Origin: an uncultured Chloroflexia bacterium
GTDB lineage: Bacteria > Chloroflexota > Limnocylindria > QHBO01
Length of the DNA stretch: 64,000 nt
Direction: 5' to 3'
Assembly: GCA_963753125.1 (NCBI GenBank)
Contig: CAVWAU010000006.1
Location: 77,413 to 141,412 of the forward strand
The position numbers were made by a program, and so were the translations under genes. Shown piece after piece: positions 9,923 to 19,374 of the stretch. The number at the start of each line of letters is the position of its first letter. The stretch's first letter is position 1. The notes beneath the pieces are model-generated. The model was not told where the DNA came from. It did not search any database and was given only the letters and a program-made list of their open reading frames with translations.

Positions 9923-11437
9923 TCACCACAGCGGCCCGAAGCCGGTCAGCCCGGCGCCGTTGACGGCCTCGACGATGCGGTCGACCGGCACCTCGATCAT
10001 CTCCAGCACCGGCCCCGGGTAGACCCCCAGCGCCACTACGAGCACGATGAGCGGCGAGAGCGACACCCACTCGCCGCGGCTCATGTCGCGCAGCGACGGC
10101 CAGAATCGGCGCATCCAGTCCGACGGCACCGTGAAGAAGGCGCGCTGGAACATCCACAGCATGTAGACCGCGCTGAGGATGACGGCGGTCATCGCCACGG
10201 CCGCCACCCAGCCGTTGTAGGCGAACGCGCCCAGCACGACCAGGAACTCACCGATGAACCCCGAGAGGCCGGGCAGCCCTATAGAGGCGAACGTGAAGAG
10301 GCCGAACATGGCGGCGTACGCAGGGACGCGCGCGTTGAGCCCGCCCATGTGCGCGATCTCGCGGTCGTGGGTCTGCTCGTAGATGATCCCGACCAGGAGG
10401 AACAGCGCCCCGGTCGTGATGCCGTGGCTGATCATCTGGAAGATCGCGCCCTGCAGGCCCTGCACGTTGAAGACGAAGGCGCCGAGCATCACGAAGCCCA
10501 TGTGACTGACGCTCGAGTAGGCGACCAGCTTCTTCATGTCCGGCTGCACCATCGCCACCAGCGCGCCGTAGATGATCGCGATGAGCGCCAGACCGATGAT
10601 GACCGGCGCGAACGTCGCCGACGCGTCGGGCAGCAGCGGTAGGTTATAGCGCAGGAACCCATAGCCGCCGAGCTTCAGAAGAACTCCCGCCAGGATGATC
10701 GAGCCGGCCGTTGGCGCCTCGACGTGGGCATCGGGCAGCCACGTGTGGAGCGGCCACATCGGCACCTTGATGGCGAACGCCAGGAAGAACGCGATGAAGG
10801 CGAGCGCCTGGAGCGTATCGGTGTAGGCGAAGCCTCTCAGTGCCTCGTAGCTGAACGTGAACTCGTTGCCGGCCGACGCGTACGCGATCGCCACCGCAAG
10901 GATCGCGACGAGCATCAGCAGCGAGCCGACCAGGGTGTAGATGACGAACTTCACCGTCGCATAGATGCGGGCCGGGCCGCCCCAGATGCCGATCATGAAG
11001 TACATCGGGAAGAGGCTGACTTCCCAGAAGACGTAGAACAGGAACAGGTCGAGGCTGACGAAGACGCCGAGCATGCCGACCATGAGCAGCAGCATCACGG
11101 CGTAGTAGGCCTTGATCTTGGTCTGGATCGGCTCCCAGCTGTAGACGATGGCCACCACGCTCAGCAGCGTGGTCAGGATCACGAGCACGACGCTGATGCC
11201 GTCGACGCCGAGCGTGTATCGCATCCCGAAGAAGTCGATCCACGGGAGGTCCTCGCGGAACTGGAACTCGGCGCCGCTCGGGTCGTAGCCGAGCAGCGCA
11301 AGGCTGAGCCCGAAGCTGATCAGCGCGGTGACGAGCGCGATCCAGCGGATGGCGGTGTGGGCGGTGCCCGGGACGAACAGCAGGAGGAGCGCGCCGAGCG
11401 CCGGCACGAAGACGATGGCGGAGAGGAGGGGCACCAC
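9923..11437 (-). CDS. nuoM: NADH-quinone oxidoreductase subunit M
   Basis: GTG 11437 overlaps the nuoL stop (TAGTG); FAIKVPMWPLHTWLPDAHVEAPT, LLKLGGYG, KKLVAYSSVSHMG. The ORF-track extension to 13258 is a shadow. Confidence 0.97.
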   Translation of the reverse strand: MVPLLSAIVFVPALGALLLLFVPGTAHTAIRWIALVTALISFGLSLALLGYDPSGAEFQFREDLPWIDFFGMRYTLGVDGISVVLVILTTLLSVVAIVYSWEPIQTKIKAYYAVMLLLMVGMLGVFVSLDLFLFYVFWEVSLFPMYFMIGIWGGPARIYATVKFVIYTLVGSLLMLVAILAVAIAYASAGNEFTFSYEALRGFAYTDTLQALAFIAFFLAFAIKVPMWPLHTWLPDAHVEAPTAGSIILAGVLLKLGGYGFLRYNLPLLPDASATFAPVIIGLALIAIIYGALVAMVQPDMKKLVAYSSVSHMGFVMLGAFVFNVQGLQGAIFQMISHGITTGALFLLVGIIYEQTHDREIAHMGGLNARVPAYAAMFGLFTFASIGLPGLSGFIGEFLVVLGAFAYNGWVAAVAMTAVILSAVYMLWMFQRAFFTVPSDWMRRFWPSLRDMSRGEWVSLSPLIVLVVALGVYPGPVLEMIEVPVDRIVEAVNGAGLTGFGPLW

Positions 11438-13638
11438 TAGCGCACCACCGTCGCGTACACGAGCAGCACGATCGCCAGCCCAGCGGCGATCCCCAGGCCG
11501 TAGTTCTCGACGTGCCCGGTCTGCACCTTGCGCAACCCGCCGCCGATCGTTCGCGCCAGCCAGCCGGTGCCGTTGACGATGCCGTCGATGACCCGAACGT
11601 CGAACCACCACAGTGCGTTCGCGACGATCACGCCGCCACGGGCGAAGACGAGCTGGTAGACGTCGTCGATGTAGTACTTGTTCAGGCTGGCGCGGTACAT
11701 CCCCGGCCCGAGACCCAGCGGGAAGCGCTCGATGAAGCGCGCCGGCAGCCCTGGTTCGCGAACGTAGAACCGATGTGCGAGCCAGACGCCGGCGACGGCC
11801 ACGAGCGCGCCCGCGGTGAGCAGCACCCCGCCGCTTCCGAGGAGCTGGAACTCGGGGTGATCGCCGTCGGCGATCGACCCGGGCAGGACGCCGGCATGCG
11901 CCTCCTCGGCGACGAGGAAGACCTCGTGGAGCCATTCGTGGATGAGCCCGGCCTCCGGCGGGATGCCGAGCAGCAGACCGATGAAGATCGTCGGCACGGC
12001 GAGGATGGCCAGCGGCGCGACCATGGTCGGGGCGCTCTCGTGGACGTGGTCCCACACCGCGCGCGGCCCGCGCCACTCGCCCCAGAAGGTCATGAAGATC
12101 ATCCGGAACGTGTAGAAGGCGGTCATCAGCGCGACGACCACGCCGACGATGTAGAAGACGAGATAGCCGCGGTTGAAGGCCTCGGCCAGGATCTCGTCCT
12201 TGCTGAAGAAGCCGGAGAAGATCGGGATGCCGGCGAGGGCCAGCGAGCCGATGACCATCGTGACGTAGGTCCAGCGCATCCGCGCGCGCAGGTTGCCCAT
12301 GTAGCGCATGTCCTGCTCGCCTCCGGCGCCGTGGATCACGGAGCCGGAGCCCATGAACAGCAGCCCCTTGAAGAAGCCATGGCTGACGAGGTGGAAGATC
12401 GCCGATGCGAACGCCCCGATCCCGAGCGCCATGAACATGTACGCCAGCTGGCTGACCGTCGAGTAGGCGAGGACCTTCTTGATGTCGTTCTGGGTCAGCG
12501 CGATGGCCGCGGCGAGGACGGCGGTGAAGGTGCCGATGATGGCGACCACCAACATGGCGGTGGGCGCCTCGGCGAAGATCGGGTTGGCGCGGGCGACCAT
12601 GTAGACGCCGGCGTTGACCATCGTGGCGGCGTGGATCAGCGCCGATACAGGGGTCGGGCCCTCCATGGCGTCCGGAAGCCAGACGTGGAGCGGGAACTGG
12701 GCGGACTTGCCGACGGCGCCGGCGAAGAGGAGGAGGGCGATGATCGTGACGGTGCCCTCGTCGAGCGTGCCGATCCGCTCGAAGACCTCGTGGAAGCTCA
12801 GCGTCCCGAGGTTGACCCAGATCATCATGATCCCGAGGCCGAACCCGAAGTCGCCGATCCGGTTGACGACGAAGGCCTTCTTGGCCGCCCCGGCCGCCGA
12901 GGGCTTCTTGTACCAGAAGCCGATGAGCGCGTAGCTGCACAGGCCGACCGCCTCCCAGCCGACGTACAGCATCAGGAAGTTGTCGCCCAGGATCAGCAGC
13001 AGCATGCTGAACATGAACAGGTTCAGGTAGGCGAAGAAGCGCCACAAGCCCCGGTCGCCGTCCATGTAGCCGATCGAGTAGACGTGGACGAGGAAGCCGA
13101 CCGTGCTGACGACGAGCAGCAGCATCGCGGTCAGCGAGTCCACCAGGAAGCTGACCTCGATGTTGAACGAGCCAGAGGCGATCCACTCGTAGACGGTCAC
13201 CTCGTGCTCGTTGCCGCCGAAGACAACGTCGGCGAAGACGACCATCGAGATGACCCACGTCAGGCCGACGAGCACGGTCGGGACGATCCAGGACCGATAG
13301 CGCGGCCGCTCCGCGCCCGGCGAAACGTGCCCGGCCTGGCCGAGCCCGTCGTTCAGCTCCGCCGGGATGACGCCGGCAGCGCCCTCGGCGTTGGAGAGGT
13401 CGTCGGAGTGGCCGGCATGCGGGCTCGTCGCGGCCTGCTCCTCCTCGGTCGGGACGGTGCGGAAGGCCGAGTCGTCGACCGGGCCGTGGCCGTGGGCGTC
13501 ATCGGTCTCGTGCTCTGCATCGTGGTCTTCGTGGCCGTGAACGGGGACGCGGTCGAGCCGCGGGCCGACGAGGACGGCGAAGAGGAACCCGATCAGGGGC
13601 AGCGCCGGGATGAGGGCGATCAGGAGGTCGATGGACAT
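11437..13638 (-). CDS. nuoL: NADH-quinone oxidoreductase subunit L with a long His/acidic insert after TM1
   Basis: GKSAQFPLHVWLPDAMEGPTPVSALIHAATMV, KKVLAYSTVSQL, HGFFKGLLF, SKDEIL. Confidence 0.97.
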   Translation of the reverse strand: MSIDLLIALIPALPLIGFLFAVLVGPRLDRVPVHGHEDHDAEHETDDAHGHGPVDDSAFRTVPTEEEQAATSPHAGHSDDLSNAEGAAGVIPAELNDGLGQAGHVSPGAERPRYRSWIVPTVLVGLTWVISMVVFADVVFGGNEHEVTVYEWIASGSFNIEVSFLVDSLTAMLLLVVSTVGFLVHVYSIGYMDGDRGLWRFFAYLNLFMFSMLLLILGDNFLMLYVGWEAVGLCSYALIGFWYKKPSAAGAAKKAFVVNRIGDFGFGLGIMMIWVNLGTLSFHEVFERIGTLDEGTVTIIALLLFAGAVGKSAQFPLHVWLPDAMEGPTPVSALIHAATMVNAGVYMVARANPIFAEAPTAMLVVAIIGTFTAVLAAAIALTQNDIKKVLAYSTVSQLAYMFMALGIGAFASAIFHLVSHGFFKGLLFMGSGSVIHGAGGEQDMRYMGNLRARMRWTYVTMVIGSLALAGIPIFSGFFSKDEILAEAFNRGYLVFYIVGVVVALMTAFYTFRMIFMTFWGEWRGPRAVWDHVHESAPTMVAPLAILAVPTIFIGLLLGIPPEAGLIHEWLHEVFLVAEEAHAGVLPGSIADGDHPEFQLLGSGGVLLTAGALVAVAGVWLAHRFYVREPGLPARFIERFPLGLGPGMYRASLNKYYIDDVYQLVFARGGVIVANALWWFDVRVIDGIVNGTGWLARTIGGGLRKVQTGHVENYGLGIAAGLAIVLLVYATVVR

Positions 13639-13645
13639 TCGGCCT

Positions 13646-13954
13646 CTATTCCTTCAGGTCGGCGTACTGGTCGACCTCGGCCGTCTGCCGGGTGCGGATG
13701 ATGGCGATGACCAGCGCCAGGCCGACCGTCACCTCGGCGGCGGCGACCGCCATGATCATCAGCGCGAAGACCGCGCCGGCGTTCGCGTCGCTCGGCGGCA
13801 GGTAGGCGTTGAACGCCACCAGGCTCAGGTTCACGGCGTTGAACATGAGCTCGATGCTGATGAGCATCAGGATCGCGTTGCGCCGCGCCATGAAGCCGAA
13901 CGCGCCGATCGCGAACAGCAGCGTCGAGACGATCAGGTAGCCCTCGAGGCCCAT
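13646..13954 (-). CDS. nuoK: NADH-quinone oxidoreductase subunit K
   Basis: RRNAILMLISIELMFNAVNL...VAAAEVTVGLAL. Confidence 0.97.
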   Translation of the reverse strand: MGLEGYLIVSTLLFAIGAFGFMARRNAILMLISIELMFNAVNLSLVAFNAYLPPSDANAGAVFALMIMAVAAAEVTVGLALVIAIIRTRQTAEVDQYADLKE

Positions 13955-13957
13955 CGG

Positions 13958-14467
13958 TCAGTTCGCCCGCTCGTCTTCTTCCGGCCGGCGGGCCAGGTAG
14001 ATGGCACCGATGATCGCCACCAGCAGCAGCAGGCTGATGATCTCGAACGGCAGCGCGAACTCGGTGAAGATGGCGGTGGCGATGTCCTCGACCGCAGCGG
14101 AGGCCGCCTGGGCGGCGGCGGGCCAATCGGTCTGGATGACGGCCCAGCCGACGAGACCGATGATGGCCAGCGAGATGACCGCGGCGATCGGCACCTGCCG
14201 ATGGAACGGCGCCGGCAGGTTCGCGTCACCGGCCTGGGTGAGCATGATCGCGAAGAGGATCAGGACGCTGATCGCGCCGAGGTAGATCAGCACCTGCGCG
14301 GCGGCCACGATCGGCGCGCCGAGCAGCGCATACATGCCGGCGAGCGACCCGAAACAGACCATCATCGCCACGGCCGAGTGGATGATGTTGCGCAGCGTGA
14401 CGACGGCGAGTCCGGCTCCCACGACACCGATGGCGAGCAGGAAGAAGAGGACGCTGGAGATGTCCAG
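13958..14467 (-). CDS. nuoJ: NADH-quinone oxidoreductase subunit J (probable CTG start)
   Basis: NIIHSA, QVLIYLGAISVLILFAIML, F.LPFEIISLLLLVAIIGA; TM1 needs the CTG at 14467 (SD GGGAG 9 nt upstream). Confidence 0.93.
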   Translation of the reverse strand: MDISSVLFFLLAIGVVGAGLAVVTLRNIIHSAVAMMVCFGSLAGMYALLGAPIVAAAQVLIYLGAISVLILFAIMLTQAGDANLPAPFHRQVPIAAVISLAIIGLVGWAVIQTDWPAAAQAASAAVEDIATAIFTEFALPFEIISLLLLVAIIGAIYLARRPEEDERAN

Positions 14468-14524
14468 GGTCGAGGGCTCCCTTCGAATTCGAGCGCACCG
14501 TGGCCCGCCCGGGGGCCGCGCTCG

Positions 14525-14530
14525 ATTCTA
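14525..14530 (-). promoter_or_regulatory. -10 element (TAGAAT) of a separate nuoJKLMN promoter
   Basis: TAGAAT followed by a GC hairpin (CGAGCGC...GCGCTCG), then the SD and nuoJ start. Confidence 0.55.
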
Positions 14531-14600
14531 GCGTAGCGATCATTGAGGCTGCGGTGCCAGCACGGATGAAGGTTTCCGTGCGCTCGATTGTCATGTCATC

Positions 14601-15168
14601 GTGACGCAGCGAGCTGAGGTGGATGCCGTGCCGGGTGCGGAGGTGCTGAGCGCCGGGGAATCGAGTCCTCGTGCGATCGCCTTCGTGGAGCTCGCCGAAC
14701 GTCACCTGGACGCGAGCTATCGCCTGGCGCGAGCCATCCTGCACGATCCCGCTGATGCGGAGGACGCCACCCATGACGCAGTCGTCACGGCGTGGCGACA
14801 GTTCTCGACCCTGCGCGACGTTGCGCACTTCGAGGGCTGGTTCCACCGCATCCTCGTGAACACCTGCCGCAACCGGTTGGCCCGCGCCGGGCGCTGGCAC
14901 ACCCAGGACCAGCCGCCCGACTGGGCAGGCCGCGGGTGACGCGTTCGGGCAGGCCGATGACCGGGACCTCATCGGGGCCGCGCTGCGGCAGCTCACTCCA
15001 GACCACCGGGTCGTGGTCGCACTGCGGTTCTATCGAGATCTGAGCGTGGACCAGATCGCCCGGCAGCTGGGGGTTCGTCCGGGCACCGTCCACTCCCGCC
15101 TGCACTATGCGATGAAGCGGCTGGCGGCGTTGATCGACGCGGCCGATGCCAAGAGGACACTCCGATGA
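14601..15168 (+). CDS. ECF sigma factor; apparent +1 frameshift near 14925
   Basis: Region 2 (DAEDATHDAVVTAWR...FEGWFHRILVNTCRN) in 14601-14939; region 4 (LRQLTPDHRVVVALRFYRDLSVDQIARQLGVRPGTVHSRLHYA) in the next frame, ending TGA 15168. Confidence 0.85.
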
Positions 15169-16124
15169 TTGATGACGATCTCGAGCGCCGACTGCGGGCG
15201 TGGTACCAGGCCGAGATCGGCACCCGGGAGGCGGCTCCGGCATCGCTGTATGCCAGCCTGGCGGAGATCGCTGACACGGCGCCGGCACCGGCACGGCCGC
15301 ATCGCCAATCGGCGCGGCTTCGTTCTTGCTGGTGGCCGCAGCACTCGTCCTGTCGCTGCTGGTCGGCGGCGCCATTGCCATCGGCTCCGGGCTGTTGACG
15401 TTGCCCTGGGCGGTCGACGAGGCGCCTCGCGCCGTCGATGCCCTGACTTGGACCCCATCGAGCCTCGAGCAGGACTGGCCGGTGCCAATTCGCGCCGAGC
15501 CGGTCGGATGACGTGGTCGTCGTGCCGCTCGTCGACGCCGAACGCGGCGAATACATAGATCCCAGTGGAGACATCGGACCGACCGGGCCTCTTTGGCTCG
15601 ACATCGAGCACGTGCGCCTCTCGGGAGGCCAACCGGCCATCACCCGACACGGGGTGATCTGGTCTGTCGACGTCGAGCTCGCCGCCGAGATGCCGTCGCG
15701 ACGGGATCTCCGCGAGGAGTATCTCGGCGCCGATATCCCGTCGCGGGTGGCTGATCCCCGCGAGGAATGGATCGCGTACGGACTCGTCCTGGACACCAAC
15801 GCCGACGGTGTGCCCGACGTGAGGATCGGGATGGACAACATGCCCGAACCGGGCCACCGCGCGTGGCGCACGGAGCTCGACACCGGTCGAACCATGTCGG
15901 CTGCCGGGGCGCCATACGGCCTCGTTGGTGATCGCTATGTGGACACGTTCTTCCCGGGCGAGACATCGAGCAATGTCCCGGAGTTCAGCGTGGGCTTGCG
16001 CGAGGGGGAGCCAGCGTTCCGCTTCTACGTGTGGGCATCGCTGATCGAGGACGGCCGGGTCGTGGCGACGGATTACGCCCCCGATATCGGCTGGCTGGAG
16101 CCGGCGCCCGGGGCGGACCAGTGA
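15165..16124 (+). pseudogene. putative anti-sigma/single-TM protein, broken by about 3 frameshifts (decay or sequence error)
   Basis: ATGA-coupled to the sigma gene; MIDDDLERRLRAWY N-terminus, RRGFVL/LVAAALVLSLLVGG TM and extracellular domain lie in three frames. Confidence 0.55.
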
Positions 16125-16903
16125 ACCCGCGGATCGGCCATGAGTCAGCCGCGCGGAGACGGCTGCGGTCAATGCCCCTGGGTGCGACAATTCACGCGGC
16201 GGTGGCGCTGATTCTGGTCGCCGGCTGCGCCAGCGTCGCCCCGACGTCCGCCTCGCCGAGCGGCCCGACGAGTTCGGCCTCGAACGCACCACGCTCCACG
16301 CCTGGTGCCGCCGCTGGCGCTCGTCACCTCCCCGGCAGCGGCCCGATTGAGCCTGGCACGGTACTTCATCGCCGAAGGGCCCGTGGACGCCGGCGACCTT
16401 CTCGTTCACGATGCCCGCCGGCTGGGTCGCGGAGAACGGGGGCAGACGATCTCGAAGCATGCGAACGAATCGGGTCGCGAGGTCGGCTGGAGCGTGTCGA
16501 TCGTCGATCGGCTCTTCGCCGACCCGTGCGGCCCGAACGAGACGATCGACATCGGGCCGACCGCCGACGACCTCGCGGCCGCGCTGCGCGCATTGCCGGG
16601 CCCGGACGTAGCGGCGCCAATGGAGGTCACGATCGGCGGGCGATCCTGGAAGGTCATCGAGGTGACTGTCTCGGCCGACGTCGACGTCGAGCAGTGCGAC
16701 CCGCCGATCGGGCTCCAGATCTGGCTCGACCGAAGCGGCAACAAGTACTTCCTGCGCGGGCCATGAATCCGTGGCGCGGGTCTACACCGTCGATGTCGAC
16801 GGGCGCCCGCTTCGTCGTGGTGGCGAACCATCGCTCAACGTCGGCGCCCGAGGACGTCGCCGAGATGGAGGAGATCCTCGCCTCGATCGAGTTCGAGCCA
16901 TAA
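16121..16903 (+). pseudogene. lipoprotein (LVAGC lipobox), broken by about 5 frameshifts
   Basis: Coherent protein stitched across frames: EPGT/YFIAEGP/WTPATFSFTMPAGWVAENG/QTISKH...KYFLRG/HESVARVYTVDVDG/ARFVVV...ASIEFEP. Confidence 0.55.
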
Positions 16904-16913
16904 GGTTCCCGGT

Positions 16914-16932
16914 GCTGAGGCGGCAACTCAGC
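16914..16932. terminator. hairpin between convergent genes
   Basis: GCTGAG-GCGGCAA-CTCAGC; no U-tract. Confidence 0.3.
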
Positions 16933-16976
16933 GGCGCGCGGCCGTCCAGCCCGTCAGGCCCGCCAGGCGCATCGGT

Positions 16977-19368
16977 CTAGCGGGTGGGTCGCTCCCGGTC
17001 GGACATCTCGAGGATGTCGAGCATGGGCAGGTCGCGCTGGTACTCGCTGAACTCGAACTCGGGGCCGCAGCGCAGGGCGTCGTACGGGCAGGCATCGGCG
17101 CAGATGCCGCAGAAGATGCAGCGCGACACGTCGAGCTGGTAGGTCTCGAGGATGCGCGGGCGCGGCATGAGTGCGCCGACCGGGCATGTCTCGGCGCATC
17201 GGCCACAGGAGACGCACGGCGTCTCGTTGAGGGAGACGAAGTCGGCGGTGGTGACGAGGGAGTCGAAGCCCTTGCCGATGAAGTCGTAGCAGCCGGCGCC
17301 GACGATGTCCTTGCAGACCTGGGCGCATCGGCCGCAGTCGATGCAGCGCGAGTAGTCGCGCAGGATGAACGAGTGCGTCTCGTCGCGGCCGTAGCCGTGG
17401 TTGACGCCGACGTACGGGTTGTCCTGGATCGAGCGCTCGTCGATCGCCATGTTCAGCGTCGTCTCGTACTCGATCGCCGCCTCGCGCAGGTCGCAGTGGC
17501 CGATCGCCTCGCACGTGCACTGCAGGCAGCGTGACGCCTCGGCCATGGCCTGGTCGCCGGTGTAGCCGAACTCGTACTCGTTGAAGTTCGTGCTGCGCTC
17601 CTCGGGGCCGAGCTTGCCCATGATCGCCTTGGGCTCCTTCACGTCATCGGTGAAGGGGACGATGGTCAGGAAGTTCGGCTGCGGCTCGGTGACGATGCGC
17701 CGGACCTGCGGGTCGTCGAGGTCGTGGCCGCGCAGCCAGTAATCCATGGCGTACGAGGCGCGGCGGCCCTCGCCGATGGCCTCGACCACGGTGGCGGCAC
17801 CGGTCCGGACGTCGCCGGAGGCGAAGACCTTGGGGACGTCGGTGCGGAAGATGTGCTCCTCCGACTCGAGCGTGCCGCGCCGCGAGACGACGAGCTTCGA
17901 GCGGATCTCCTCCGGCTCCGAGTCGATCCACGACAGCTCCGGTCCCTGGCCGATGGCGCCCAGCACGGTGTCGCACTCGACGATGAACTCGGTGCCCTCC
18001 ATCGGCTCCGGCCGGCGGCGGCCCTGCTCGTCGGGCGCGCCGAGCTTCATGCGCTGGAACTCGACGCCGGTGACCTTGTCCTTCTCGTCGGTGACGATCC
18101 GGACCGGGGCGGCCTGGAAGATGAGCCGCGCGCCCTCCTCGATGGCCTCGTGCGCCTCGTCGGCGGCGGGCATGTCCTTGAGGTCGCGGCGGTAGACGAG
18201 GGTCACCTCGGCCGCGCCCTGGCGCACCGAGGTCCGGGTGCAGTCGATGGCGGTGAAGCCGCCACCGATGACGACCACCCGCGCGCCCTTCAGCCGCGGC
18301 ACCGGGATGCCGCGGGTCGAGTTGTAGAGGTTCTCGAGCGCGTTGACGGTGCCCTGGGCGAACTCGCCGGGGATGCCGAGCTCGTTGGGCTTGTAGCAGC
18401 CGATGCCGATGTAGATCGCGTCGTAGTCGTCGATGATGTCGCCGATGTGGAAGTCGCGCCCGAGCCGCATGTTCGGCTTGAAGGTCGCGCCGAGCTCCCA
18501 GACGTGGTTGAGCTCGCGGTCCATCCAGCCCTTCGGCAGGCGGTACTGCGGGATGCCGTAGCGCAGCATGCCGCCCTGCTCGGGATCGGCCTCGAAGACG
18601 TCGCACTGGTGGCCGCGCAGCTGGAGGTAGTACGCGACGCTCATCCCGGCCGGGCCGGCACCGATGATCGCCACGCGGCGACCGGTCGGCGGCTCCTTCG
18701 GCCACGGGATCGGCGCCGGGGCATCCACCTCCAGGACGCGGTCGGCGCAGTACCGATGCGAGTCGCGGATGGCGATCGCGGTGTCGACCTCCTCGCGCCG
18801 GCAGTGGGTCTCGCACGGCGCGGGGCAGACGCGGCCGAGGATGGCCGGGAACGGCAGCGAGCGCTTCAGGATGCGCGTCGCCTCCTCCCAGTTGCCGAGG
18901 GTGTTCTGCTTCAGGTAGCCGGGGATGTCGACCCGGGTCGGGCACTTGAACTGGCACGGCGGCAGGCAGTAGGCGTCGTGGTCGCTGAAGATGAGCTCGA
19001 GGACCATGCGCCGGTTCTCGATGACGCGGTCGGAGTGGGTGGTGATGACCATCCCCTCTTCGATCGTCGTCCCGCACGAGATCGGGGTGTCGTCGCGCCC
19101 CTCGACCTCGACGGCGCAGATGCGGCACGCCCCGTACGGCGCCAGCTTCGGCTCGTAGCACAGCGTCGGGATCTCGATGCCGAGCACCCGGCAGGCCTGG
19201 AGGATGGTCTGTCCCTCCTCGGCCTCGACCTGCTGCCCGTTGATCGTGACCGTGATCTTCTGCGTGCCGGGCACCATCGGCCAGATCGGCGTGTAGTCGG
19301 TGACCTGCCCGTCGCCGCGTGCCGTTGCCGTTGCCGGTCGGGTGGCCGTTCGTCGTGCCGAAGCTCAT
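16977..19368 (-). CDS. NuoG-like [2Fe-2S]/[4Fe-4S] protein with inserted GltD/NfnB-type FAD/NADPH domain and C-terminal NuoI half (StnC-like::NuoI-C)
   Basis: C-x10-C-x2-C-x13-C, HDAYCLPPCQFKCP, GRVCPAPCETHC, GAGPAG, GGGFTA..YRR, SGD, EASRCLQCTC..C, two CxxCxxC motifs, then CIFCGICADACP. Unbroken ORF 16977-19277; the real start is probably ATG 19368 with a +1 frameshift near 19318. Confidence 0.88.
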
Positions 19369-19374
19369 CGGTCC

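Noticed and set aside
9923-13258. 1111-aa ORF suggesting a giant NuoM
   Set aside because: The portion upstream of 11437 is an off-frame shadow of nuoL; NuoM starts at GTG 11437.
11512-13701. Long antisense or off-frame ORFs (also 17724-19514, 28851-30902, 33701-36793, 3239-5263)
   Set aside because: They are mirror images of well-conserved genes and are expected in ~70% GC DNA with few stop codons; no motifs recognised.
16977-19277. Plain glutamate synthase small subunit (gltD)
   Set aside because: No gltB nearby, and the domain is embedded in a NuoG-like protein within the nuo operon.
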